From Candidatus Bathyarchaeota archaeon (GTDB taxonomy: Archaea > Thermoproteota > CALKCG01 > B24 > DRYS01): a DNA stretch of 64,000 nucleotides. This document shows, piece by piece, positions 40,603 to 50,202 of the stretch (position 1 is the stretch's first letter; every line of letters begins with the position of its first letter). A program made the translations under genes and the position numbers. The DNA lies in NCBI GenBank assembly GCA_018396535.1, contig JAGTQC010000001.1, positions 128,001-192,000 of the forward strand, written 5' to 3'. The notes below the pieces were generated by a model. The model was not told the origin of the DNA. It was given only the letters and a program-made list of their open reading frames with translations, and made no database searches.

Positions 40603-41835
40603 TTAGACCATAGTTATCTTGGATAGCTGTTTAAGAACATAGCTTCTTATATCAGATGGGGGTGGTAGATCGGCTACTATCCTACCATCTATCAGTAGAG
40701 GTTCTAGTATATTCTCCATCTCCATACCGCATGATAGGCATATAGGTCTACTAGAGCCTATAGGTTCGACATCGATTTTCAAGCATTCTGGACACCGCCA
40801 TACATCCTTTCTACCAGAGAATTTCCCCCTCTTAGCGATAGGCTTACCTTCAACCTCCACTATATCCATAGCGAAATCCACTGTAGGAGCATTACTTATG
40901 GATGTTCCTACACCAAACCCATCAGCTCCAGCTTCGATGAGTTCATCTATATTCTCATCATCTATACCTCCAGATACTACTATCTTCACATTCCTATACC
41001 CTCTAATGTTAAGCTCCCATCTAACTTCTCTCACTATCTCTGCGAAACTACCTTTACGCGAACTCGGGGTATCCAATCTAACACCTGTTAACCTACTACC
41101 TAGAGCTTCAGCTGCCATAATAGCTTCCACCTTCTCATCATAGAATGTATCTACGAGAGCTATCCTAGGAATATCCTGTGGTAGGACTTCATCGAACGCC
41201 TTCCACGCTTTAACCTGATCCTCAAAGATTATTATCAATGCATGAGGCATAGTACCCATAGGCTTAATACCAGCAGCTTCAGCTCCTATTATACTAGATA
41301 CACCATCCACACCACCGATATAGCTAGCTCTATCTATCATAGGAGCTAGAGCTGGATGCATCCTCCTTATACCGAAGCCTATAACTAGACGATCCCCAGC
41401 CTTCTTCCTAATCCTCGCAGCCATAGTAGCTACACCTGTAGCCTGGCATAGTAATCCGAGTAGAGGCGTCTCTAGGAAGCAGAATCTTCCGTAAGGTCCT
41501 TCAACCCTCATGACCGGAACTCTTATACCTTTAATATCGTTTGATGTGAATAGCGTCCCCTCTCTCAAACCGTAAACATCTACCGGGTAACCTTCTAGAA
41601 GCTTTAATACCTCTTCTACACCGCAAAGAATAGCCCAAGGCCACCCCCTAGGTAGTTTACCGCATGTTACCTCCATAGAGACTATCCTATCGGTTAAACC
41701 ATACTTATCAAGTATAATCCTGGTTCTCTCGAAATATATGTCGGTTGTTAAACCGTGTTTAATCTCATCATCGGTAGCTATATAGAAACGCCTAGACCAC
41801 GGCAACTCGATGTAGATATATCTCAGATGATACAC
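40603..41835 (-). CDS. pncB: nicotinate phosphoribosyltransferase
   Basis: TDIYF, FGIRR, GTMPH, VRLDTP and FGVGT motifs; true start probably ~10 codons downstream. Confidence 0.9.
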   Translation of the reverse strand: MYHLRYIYIELPWSRRFYIATDDEIKHGLTTDIYFERTRIILDKYGLTDRIVSMEVTCGKLPRGWPWAILCGVEEVLKLLEGYPVDVYGLREGTLFTSNDIKGIRVPVMRVEGPYGRFCFLETPLLGLLCQATGVATMAARIRKKAGDRLVIGFGIRRMHPALAPMIDRASYIGGVDGVSSIIGAEAAGIKPMGTMPHALIIIFEDQVKAWKAFDEVLPQDIPRIALVDTFYDEKVEAIMAAEALGSRLTGVRLDTPSSRKGSFAEIVREVRWELNIRGYRNVKIVVSGGIDDENIDELIEAGADGFGVGTSISNAPTVDFAMDIVEVEGKPIAKRGKFSGRKDVWRCPECLKIDVEPIGSSRPICLSCGMEMENILEPLLIDGRIVADLPPPSDIRSYVLKQLSKITMV

Positions 41836-41869
41836 TTAAGGTTTTACGTAAATCCGTATCCCAGTCATC

Positions 41870-43228
41870 CTACCGCATCATATACTCTTCATAGCGTTTA
41901 ACATACTCGATAGATCTAGCTACATCCGAGAATAGATTCACCACATTCTCAACATCCTCTCTAGAAACTTTATCCCTCCCCTCTATCCTAGCCTTTTCAT
42001 ATGCAGGTGTTAACAGCTGTACAGCATACCTCAAAGATTTACTAGCACCTACATCTACAAGGTATTCTAATGCATCATCGCTTAGAGACACCCCCTCCTC
42101 CCTAGCTCTAATCTTCAAGATCTCTCTTATCTCATCCCTACTATACATCTCAGTATTTATTATGAGAAGCCTATCTAGGAGGTCTAGAGGCATACCATGG
42201 GGAGCCTCTAGATCCGTCCCTCTCACCCTAGTTATACCTCTATTGGTAGCAAAAACTATAATCGGGGCGAGCTCAGATTCTAGTACTGTACTTAGGAAGC
42301 TGAAGGCTTCTATATCGAGCATAGATACATCGTCTATGAATAGTACTCCAGGTATAATCTCAGCCGTACCCTCTTCGACCCTCTCCTTAACATACTCATC
42401 TACCCTCCTCCTAGTTTCAGAATCTATTTCTCCACCAGCTACCCCACCGAATAGCAGAGTGAAGAATCCGCCCCTACCCCTACTCTCCATCATATCTAGA
42501 TCGTGGAGGGTGACTAGGTATACAAACTCCTTCTCTTTCTCAACAGGACCTCTAGGCCTAGGTATAGGCTTCTCCGTATAATCAGCTATCTCGTAACGTT
42601 CAGCTGCATTCTCAGATCTACCCAGTCTTATAACTCTACCTGTTTCAGCATCTATCTGTATAACGTCGCCTACCCTTATACCTTGTGCAAGCATATTAGA
42701 AGCTAGATTCCCGCTTACCGTGAAGGATCTAGATTCACTAGTCGTAGTTAGAGTAATCCTAGCTGATTCAGCTACCTCCTGATACGGGTTGTATGGGTGC
42801 CTAGCGGTTTTAAGCTCGAAATGCGTTAACTCACCCTCATAGACCTTCCTCTTCTCTCTAAGTCTAACACCTATAGCCTTCCTAACAGCTCTCATTAAAA
42901 CCTCTGTCTTCTTCAATTCACTAGAGTATATCTCTGAGGCGTGGAGCGTTATGAATGGGACATCCCTACCAAGCTCCCTAGCTATGCCTATAGCTATAGC
43001 AGTCTTTCCAGTACCAGGCGGCCCTGCAAGCAGTATAGCTCTACCAGCCATCTTCCCTTTCCTAATCATCTGAACGATTATACCTGCAGCCTCCCTAGCA
43101 GCCACCTGCCCAACCATACCATCGGCTACAGGTAACGCTTTAAGCTTCTCATCTAGACCTAAGCCTTTAATATGGCTATGCACGCCTACCCTCTCGAATC
43201 TAGTTATAGGTGTTACACTATCCGTCAT
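41870..43228 (-). CDS. TIP49/RuvB-like AAA+ ATPase
   Basis: HSHIKGLGL, GPPGTGKT and PLDLLDR motifs. Confidence 0.95.
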   Translation of the reverse strand: MTDSVTPITRFERVGVHSHIKGLGLDEKLKALPVADGMVGQVAAREAAGIIVQMIRKGKMAGRAILLAGPPGTGKTAIAIGIARELGRDVPFITLHASEIYSSELKKTEVLMRAVRKAIGVRLREKRKVYEGELTHFELKTARHPYNPYQEVAESARITLTTTSESRSFTVSGNLASNMLAQGIRVGDVIQIDAETGRVIRLGRSENAAERYEIADYTEKPIPRPRGPVEKEKEFVYLVTLHDLDMMESRGRGGFFTLLFGGVAGGEIDSETRRRVDEYVKERVEEGTAEIIPGVLFIDDVSMLDIEAFSFLSTVLESELAPIIVFATNRGITRVRGTDLEAPHGMPLDLLDRLLIINTEMYSRDEIREILKIRAREEGVSLSDDALEYLVDVGASKSLRYAVQLLTPAYEKARIEGRDKVSREDVENVVNLFSDVARSIEYVKRYEEYMMR

Positions 43229-43339
43229 GACGCTCCACCCTAGTAATCCATCATGAGATTCAGGGGTGTAGGTTAAGATAAAATTTATACCATACAGTTA
43301 GCTAAAAGTCATGGAGAACCCTAGATCGGAGGAGATACT

Positions 43340-43930
43340 GTGAATCCAGCAGCTATAGTATCCACTCTAGCTACACTCATACTAGCAGAGATGGGGGATA
43401 AAACACAGTTTGCAGCTCTAGCTCTATCCCTATGCAGCGATGGTAGTAGGCTACGGATATTCACAGGCTGTACCATCGGGTTTTTCCTAGCGAATATCGT
43501 AGCGATAGGTTTAGGAGGTTTCTTATCATCTATACTACCATACACGGTGATAAAGATGATCTCAGCTATAGCCTTCCTAATCTTTGGAATACTACTAATA
43601 AAGAGGGGGGAGAAGGCTATAACATCCATCGTAGGGGGGAGGTATAGCTTAATCTCATCGACAATCCTTATAGGATCGCTAGAGCTTGGGGATAAGACGA
43701 ATCTAGCGACACTAGGTTTAGCTACATACTTCGGGTTGCAATCGATTTACGAGCTTATGCTAGGATTGATTCTTGCTTCTATAACTCTGATGGGGGTAGC
43801 CTTCGCATCTGCATCACTAGTATCCAAGTATATATCCGTGGCTGGGATTCGACATATCTCAGCTTTGATATTCATAGCTGTAGCGTTATACATAATAATT
43901 GATACTCTAGCTATAGATGCCCTATCCTAG
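43340..43930 (+). CDS. TMEM165/GDT1 (UPF0016) cation transporter
   Basis: Two E-x-G-D-K-T motifs (EMGDKT, ELGDKT). Confidence 0.92.
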   Translation: MNPAAIVSTLATLILAEMGDKTQFAALALSLCSDGSRLRIFTGCTIGFFLANIVAIGLGGFLSSILPYTVIKMISAIAFLIFGILLIKRGEKAITSIVGGRYSLISSTILIGSLELGDKTNLATLGLATYFGLQSIYELMLGLILASITLMGVAFASASLVSKYISVAGIRHISALIFIAVALYIIIDTLAIDALS

Positions 43931-45802
43931 AAGGCCTCTTCTTTTAAGCTCATCGGCTACATCCATCAACCCGAGTTTAACTAGCGTATCTAATCTAGGT
44001 ATACCCCTTTCATCCCATCCAAGGGATTCGAAGTATTCCCTCCGTAGATTTTCGAATTTTCCCCTATCCACGACGGCTTTAGCTTTAAAGCCTGATGGTA
44101 GAGGTTCATAGAATCTAGGTGGATTATCATCATCCTTTATAGGCTCCCAATATGCATCCGGTCCACCTATTAATAGTAGAGCTCTCTGTATAGATAGTAT
44201 CCTAGGCACGTATACATTATACCAATCATCCATAGTTATACCGAAGCCTGTAACACTATCTAGGAGGCGGAAGACAAGCTCACCTTCTACAGAGAAGCTG
44301 TTGAACGCACATAGTACGGCTGAATCTGCGAATAATGCGCCAGACTCTCTTAGATCTACCCTACCGGATCTCAACGGTATATTCGCTACAGATGTATGAT
44401 CACCTGCTTGCGTCGAACATGCGTAGGATGTCTCCATAGTATAGTCTAACCCACTCCTAATACCATGAGCACCTACAGCCACCCCCTTAACCTGAACAGC
44501 GTATCTTAAAGCATCAACCCCCTTCTTACTGCTTATAATCTTCGCAGCTCTATACGTACCTTCAGCTAGTATATCTCCTATACCATCCCTGTAAGCTATC
44601 ATATGCATAAGCTTAGCGAAAGCTTCAGTATCACCCCATCTAAGTGGGAATCCTATATCACTCTCATCGAGGATACCCTTCTCGTAGAGTTCAGCTGCGA
44701 ACCCCAGTACGTTACCAGTCTGGATGCCGCATAGCCCTAATTCATCAGCTTGCGAGCATATGTATACAACTGAATCTGGATCGAATATACCGAGATTAGA
44801 GCCTAGGTAAGCCTGCATCTCGTAATCCGGGTTATCGGTTATGCATCCTCTAAACCTCCCAGATCTTATACAAGCTATCTTAAGACATGTTATCGCACAA
44901 CCGAAGTCCCCCCAGAAACGCTTAACCCATAGCCTAGCTTCATAGTATGCGGTCGAAGCCTCTATTCTATCATGCCACTCCTCCTGCCAATTCCTCACAG
45001 GCTCGCTACTAGTAGCAGCAGCGACTGAGAGGAAGCCAGCTGATGTACCCCTATACCTCAAGTTATTAAAGCCTAGATGCGTTTTCCACACCTCTCTTAT
45101 CAACCTCTCCGTCTCAGCTATATCCTTAACCTCAGGTAGAGGATTAGTACCCTTAGCTACGATGGCTTTAAGGTTTTTAGAACCCATAACAGCTCCATAG
45201 CCTCCATAACCAGCTGCATGAGTCCATTTTGACATAACGACGGCTGTTCTAACCATCTTCTCACCAGCTGGACCTATATATAGTACACCAGGCTCCTTGA
45301 GTAATCCTCTACCAGGCCTCCACCCATACCTATCTACCCAATCCTTCACCAGGTATGCTAGAGTCTCCCTACCCCTCTTACCCCATATAACTGATGCATC
45401 TCTTATATCGACTTCATCGTTGAATATAGATATATAGACCGGCTTCTCCGCTCTCCCAGTTACGACTATACCATCATAACCAGCACACCTCAATTCTACA
45501 GGAAACTCGCTAGATACTGTAGAGCCTATCACTCCGTTACTTTGCGGAGATTTACCGGAGACGCAAATCCTAGCTCCTGGATAGTAACCTGTAAGCGGGC
45601 CTGTCAATAGTAGGAGAAGGTTCTCCTCCCCAAGCGGATCTATCGAATCCCACCGTCTACCAAACCTATCCCATAATATCTTAGTAGCTAACCCTCTTCC
45701 ACCTATATACATCCTAAGTGTATCCTCGTTAAGCTCTACCTCCTTAACAGAGCTGGTTGAAAGATCTACTTCTAGCAGTCTACCATTATATCCGTAAACC
45801 AT
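43922..45802 (-). CDS. aldehyde:ferredoxin oxidoreductase family (tungsten-dependent) catalytic subunit
   Basis: YIGGRG, GPAGE, GAVMGSKNLKA and LGWDERGIP motifs. Confidence 0.92.
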   Translation of the reverse strand: MVYGYNGRLLEVDLSTSSVKEVELNEDTLRMYIGGRGLATKILWDRFGRRWDSIDPLGEENLLLLLTGPLTGYYPGARICVSGKSPQSNGVIGSTVSSEFPVELRCAGYDGIVVTGRAEKPVYISIFNDEVDIRDASVIWGKRGRETLAYLVKDWVDRYGWRPGRGLLKEPGVLYIGPAGEKMVRTAVVMSKWTHAAGYGGYGAVMGSKNLKAIVAKGTNPLPEVKDIAETERLIREVWKTHLGFNNLRYRGTSAGFLSVAAATSSEPVRNWQEEWHDRIEASTAYYEARLWVKRFWGDFGCAITCLKIACIRSGRFRGCITDNPDYEMQAYLGSNLGIFDPDSVVYICSQADELGLCGIQTGNVLGFAAELYEKGILDESDIGFPLRWGDTEAFAKLMHMIAYRDGIGDILAEGTYRAAKIISSKKGVDALRYAVQVKGVAVGAHGIRSGLDYTMETSYACSTQAGDHTSVANIPLRSGRVDLRESGALFADSAVLCAFNSFSVEGELVFRLLDSVTGFGITMDDWYNVYVPRILSIQRALLLIGGPDAYWEPIKDDDNPPRFYEPLPSGFKAKAVVDRGKFENLRREYFESLGWDERGIPRLDTLVKLGLMDVADELKRRGLLG

Positions 45803-45804
45803 GT

Positions 45805-46326
45805 CTAAACTACCTCCTCACCGTATAGGAGTATGGATAGATCCTTCGTAACATCGATAGGTTTACGAGCATAACCCTTCTTCAATATATCGAAATCTAA
45901 GCGGGGCTTTTCGAGTTTAACTAGTATTAGAGCGTTATAGCCCACCTCTTCACATACCTTAACACACTCCGGATCACCGCCACATAGATCGCATATGACA
46001 GCATAACCATCCCTCGGATGTATGAAGGGGACTGCTCCAGGACAGGCTTCTATACATTTACCGCATCCAGTACACTTCTCCTTATCTACGCGAACTGCAC
46101 CTGTATTCTCATCTATGGAAAGAGCTTTAAATGGGCATGAGTTAACGCATGGATAATCTACACACTGAGTACATAAATGGGGAACCTCTAACCCAGGAAC
46201 ATACATGAATATCCTTATCCTAGAAGCTTCAGGCCATATACGTCCTTCATGTTTTAAACTACATACGATCTCACACTTCCTACAACCACTACATCTTACA
46301 TAATCTCTAGCTATCCAGATAGGCAT
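45805..46326 (-). CDS. 4Fe-4S multicluster subunit of the AOR-family enzyme
   Basis: Four CxxC-type cluster motifs; directly upstream of the AOR gene. Confidence 0.92.
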   Translation of the reverse strand: MPIWIARDYVRCSGCRKCEIVCSLKHEGRIWPEASRIRIFMYVPGLEVPHLCTQCVDYPCVNSCPFKALSIDENTGAVRVDKEKCTGCGKCIEACPGAVPFIHPRDGYAVICDLCGGDPECVKVCEEVGYNALILVKLEKPRLDFDILKKGYARKPIDVTKDLSILLYGEEVV

Positions 46327-46638
46327 ACAATTCTCACCAGCCTTCTCGACGATCCTAGAGACTGGTTATAATATGGCTTATGTGGGAGGCTATATATCTT
46401 ACGGTATAAACTATAGATTTACGCATAGCTACCGATCTATACTCAAGGTAGGTAGGGATACCGTTTATAACGTTAATATGTTTAAAAACGATAGATACTA
46501 TAGGCTCTATATAGTTGAAGATGAGAATCAGGATTGTTTTACACATATATTTAAAGAAGCTATGCCATGAAGCGTAAAATTTAACAATAGTAATCGATTA
46601 AAATCTATCTGTACATCGTTTAGATAGAGGGTGGCTAT

Positions 46639-47496
46639 ATGGCTAAGATGAGTCATATTCAAGATCTTAAATTTAGGTTAATGACCGTGGATCTTTTAAG
46701 ACTAGCTAAGAAGAGGTTTACGTATAGAGATCTATCCAAGATGGTTAACCTTCAGATAACTGTTCTAAGCCGATATGTTAAGGGGCATGTTCTTCCAAGT
46801 ACTGATAGAGCTATAAAGATTTGGAGTACTCTAAACCCTATAGTCGGCCTTGAAAGCGAGCTTTGGCGTAGAGTAGTATTCGATGAGGAGGGATACTTTG
46901 ATAATACAGGTATAATAGGGAATTCGACGATACTACAGCTAGTAGCTCAGGATGCCCTTTCAAGGTTTGCTGGCGTACGTATAAATAAGGTTTTAACAGC
47001 AGCCGTCGATGGTATCCCGATCGCTACAGCTGTAGCGCAAGCTATGGATGTAGACCTCATTATAGCTAAGAAAAGTAAGGAGGTTGGTGTCTCAGAGTTT
47101 GTGGAGGAGAGCTATATCCTTAAGGATACCGGTATGGTTGTACCGCTGTATATACCTAAGAATGCTATAAAGAGGAGGGAAAGCATACTAATAGTCGATG
47201 ATATCATAAGGACAGGGGAGACTCAAAAAGCTTTGATAAGCTTAGTCCATAAATGTAAAGCTGAGGTTGCAGGTATCTATGCATTAGTAGCTATAGGTGA
47301 GAATATAGAAGCGAAAATCTCACCTCCACCAGGCTGTAGGGTTGAGATAGTATTGAGGATAAGGCCTGAGCAGATATCAAAGAGAAGCTTCGAAAATATA
47401 GGAAAGCAAAAAAGGAGGGAGGGTCAAACCCTATCTGACGATTTCACCTTTGATAGAAACTCCTCTAGCTCATTACGTCTAGGTAAACCTTCCTGA
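46639..47496 (+). CDS. HTH-fused phosphoribosyltransferase (PurR/Apt-like)
   Basis: N-terminal HTH (TYRDLS...LSRYVKGHVLP) and the PRPP loop LIVDDIIRTGET. Confidence 0.88.
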   Translation: MAKMSHIQDLKFRLMTVDLLRLAKKRFTYRDLSKMVNLQITVLSRYVKGHVLPSTDRAIKIWSTLNPIVGLESELWRRVVFDEEGYFDNTGIIGNSTILQLVAQDALSRFAGVRINKVLTAAVDGIPIATAVAQAMDVDLIIAKKSKEVGVSEFVEESYILKDTGMVVPLYIPKNAIKRRESILIVDDIIRTGETQKALISLVHKCKAEVAGIYALVAIGENIEAKISPPPGCRVEIVLRIRPEQISKRSFENIGKQKRREGQTLSDDFTFDRNSSSSLRLGKPS

Positions 47497-48365
47497 GCAC
47501 CCATCCTCGTAATCTTCAACGCAGCTGCTGCGTTCGCTATAAAGACGGCATCCTTTAGAGATTTCCCTTCAGCTAATGCTACAGCTAAAGCAGCATTGAA
47601 GGCATCTCCAGCTCCAGTAGTATCTACCGCTTCAACTTTTATAGCTCCGACATGAGTTGATGAGTAGCGGTCAACTATCAAAGCCCCTTCCTCGCCTAAA
47701 GTTACTACGACGGCTTCTACACCTAGATCTAGTATACTTCTAGCAGCTTTCTCTACATCGCTTAAACTCGCTGTAGGCATATTAGCAAGCATAGATAGCT
47801 CTACTCTATTAGGGGTTAAAATTGATATCTTACGGTATACGTCGCTGGGTAGCTCCCTACATGGAGCTGGATTCAGTATAGTTGTTACACCAGCTTCGTA
47901 TGCCTTCTCCAATGCGTAGATGGTTGTTTCGATAGGTATCTCGAGCTGTGTTAGAATCATATCGGATTCACGGATACGATCGATCGCTGAATCTATATCC
48001 TCCTTAGAGACTCTAGCATCTGTACCTGAAGCTACGGCTATCATATTCCTACCATATGCATCTACCATTATAAGCGCTATACCAGTATAGCTGGTAGGAT
48101 CTATTCTTACATAATCTGTATGTACACCATTCCTACGCAGGTTATCTATGAGGATTCTACCATCCTCATCCGCTCCAACCCTACCTACCATATAGGTTTC
48201 AGCACCAAGCCTAGCAGCTGCTACAGCTTGATTAGCACCCTTACCACCTGGAGATTTCTTAAAATCTAATCCTATAACGGTTTCACCTATAGATGGTAAT
48301 CTCGGAAGCTTAACAGTATAATCTACATGTATACTCCCGACTACGGTTATAACAGGCTTACCCAT
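47424..48365 (-). CDS. rbsK: ribokinase
   Basis: PGGKGANQA, QLEIP, NPAP and DTTGAGDAF motifs. Confidence 0.92.
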   Translation of the reverse strand: MGKPVITVVGSIHVDYTVKLPRLPSIGETVIGLDFKKSPGGKGANQAVAAARLGAETYMVGRVGADEDGRILIDNLRRNGVHTDYVRIDPTSYTGIALIMVDAYGRNMIAVASGTDARVSKEDIDSAIDRIRESDMILTQLEIPIETTIYALEKAYEAGVTTILNPAPCRELPSDVYRKISILTPNRVELSMLANMPTASLSDVEKAARSILDLGVEAVVVTLGEEGALIVDRYSSTHVGAIKVEAVDTTGAGDAFNAALAVALAEGKSLKDAVFIANAAAALKITRMGAQEGLPRRNELEEFLSKVKSSDRV

Positions 48366-48429
48366 TCCCAGATAATATACTCAGCTACCCAGGTTTATAA
48401 CGGTTTCAGTAGATAGGCTGTCTATATAT

Positions 48430-48960
48430 CTACCTCTTCCTAGATACGATCGATCTAGCTTCCTCGATCCATGTGGATGTAAGCTTCTCAGATACTTTAA
48501 GCTTAACAGCAAGCTCCTTAGGATCGGCTTTAGCTAAATCTTCGATCGAATGTATACCGATACTCAAAAGCTTCTCCTCCCTTTTCTCACCTATCCCACG
48601 AATCATCCTTAAACCCTCTCTTTTACCCTTTCTAACATACCTAGTTGGGGTAGGCTCCTCAAGTACTTCAAGACTATTATCTGAAGATTGCTTAACATCA
48701 ATCTGAGCTGGAGTATCCCTGATCAAATCGACTCCAGTTATATTAGTAGCTTGGATAGAGGGTTTATCAGCTTTGAATTCTATGGATGGGGATTCATCAG
48801 CATCGATAACCCTACCAACTCCACCCTCGGTTGGATTACATCCTTCTATACCTACACCAGTATTTCTATCATGCTTTCTAAAGCGGTGAAAACCTAAGAT
48901 GAATATGGATATCACCGCTACAGATACCAGTATACCGACCGCTATATCCGTAGCTATCAT
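48430..48960 (-). CDS. membrane-anchored helix-hairpin-helix protein
   Basis: N-terminal TM, low-complexity linker, then IRGIGEKREEKL..IGI.SIEDLA. Confidence 0.8.
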   Translation of the reverse strand: MIATDIAVGILVSVAVISIFILGFHRFRKHDRNTGVGIEGCNPTEGGVGRVIDADESPSIEFKADKPSIQATNITGVDLIRDTPAQIDVKQSSDNSLEVLEEPTPTRYVRKGKREGLRMIRGIGEKREEKLLSIGIHSIEDLAKADPKELAVKLKVSEKLTSTWIEEARSIVSRKR

Positions 48961-49080
48961 ATCCTCCTATCCATGTTCAATGGAGGTGGAGCTTACTCTT
49001 CTATATGTTTTCTACACGACCGATTAAACTTAGATCTCTATGGATTAAAGGTTTAATCTATCCACTTAACCTATAACCAT

Positions 49081-50202
49081 ATGCATATGGGTATACTACT
49101 GGAAAGGTTTACATGGAAAGTAGATGTTCAAAAGTATTTAAAAGATCTTCTAGAGGATAGAGGAGCTAGAGCTCTAAGAGATTATCATGCTAGAAGGAAG
49201 CCTAGACCATGCGGTATAACAGTACATCCAGCTACGGGATGCCTATATCGATGCGTATATTGTTATGTAGCTGATATGGGGTTCAGAGAATTCAAACCAT
49301 ATCCATTGACTGGGTTAGAGATTGCTTTAGCATTAGCATCGAATCCATACATAGCTCCAGGACCTGTAGGTTCTCTAGCAGCCTTCGGCTCAGTAACAGA
49401 GCCTCTACTTAAAACTATAAGAGGGAAGACACTCGAGTATATAGAATGTATAGCTAAGACGATTAAGCTGTCATGCCAGATATCTACTAAGGAATATATA
49501 ACTAGAGAGTTTGCTTCAGCTATAAGGAGATTAGATAACGGGTTAAGCATCCTCGTAACCATAGTATCTATCGATCGATACATCGATCTTGAACCTCTCG
49601 CACCTAATCCGAAGCTAAGACTAGAATCTATAAGTAACTTTTCATCCGAGGGTTTGCATACAGTCCTCTTTCTCAGACCAGCTATACCAGGTATCTCCGA
49701 TAAAGAGGCTTACGATATTATATCGACAGCTCTAGATCATGGAGCTAGAGGTGTTATCGTAGGATCGCTGAGGGTGACGAGTAGTATAATGGATAAACTT
49801 AGAGTAGTAGGCGTAGATATAGAGTTTAATCGTAGTAGACTTAGGGGTGGTATCCAAATCACTGTAAGTAGAGATACGAAGGATAGGATAGTTAGGATAG
49901 CTAGAGAGGTTGGAGCTACAGTATATCCATCCGCATGTTCAGCTAACGTAGAAGCTCATGGCGAAGCATGTATTATCTGCCCCTATGGGCCATGCGGTAG
50001 CTTAGATAAAATACCAGAGATAAGCGAATCTGATATAAGAGAGCTTCTGGAAAGTATCATGTTAAAGACTAGATATATAGAGGTAGGTGAACGTAGTATA
50101 GTAATAGGTTTTGATAAGGAAGCTCGTATCCCAGATTGGGTGAAGTATTTCATAGAAGCAGTCTCTAGACGTATGGTTTGTATACGTAGAGTTTCAAGCT
50201 AG
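49081..50202 (+). CDS. radical SAM protein
   Basis: CLYRCVYC motif plus an extra C-terminal Cys cluster. Confidence 0.9.
   Translation: MHMGILLERFTWKVDVQKYLKDLLEDRGARALRDYHARRKPRPCGITVHPATGCLYRCVYCYVADMGFREFKPYPLTGLEIALALASNPYIAPGPVGSLAAFGSVTEPLLKTIRGKTLEYIECIAKTIKLSCQISTKEYITREFASAIRRLDNGLSILVTIVSIDRYIDLEPLAPNPKLRLESISNFSSEGLHTVLFLRPAIPGISDKEAYDIISTALDHGARGVIVGSLRVTSSIMDKLRVVGVDIEFNRSRLRGGIQITVSRDTKDRIVRIAREVGATVYPSACSANVEAHGEACIICPYGPCGSLDKIPEISESDIRELLESIMLKTRYIEVGERSIVIGFDKEARIPDWVKYFIEAVSRRMVCIRRVSS

Noticed and set aside
46355-46570. Small ORFs upstream of the AOR operon as a MoaD/ThiS sulfur carrier
   Set aside because: No C-terminal GG and no beta-grasp pattern; more likely a divergent promoter region.
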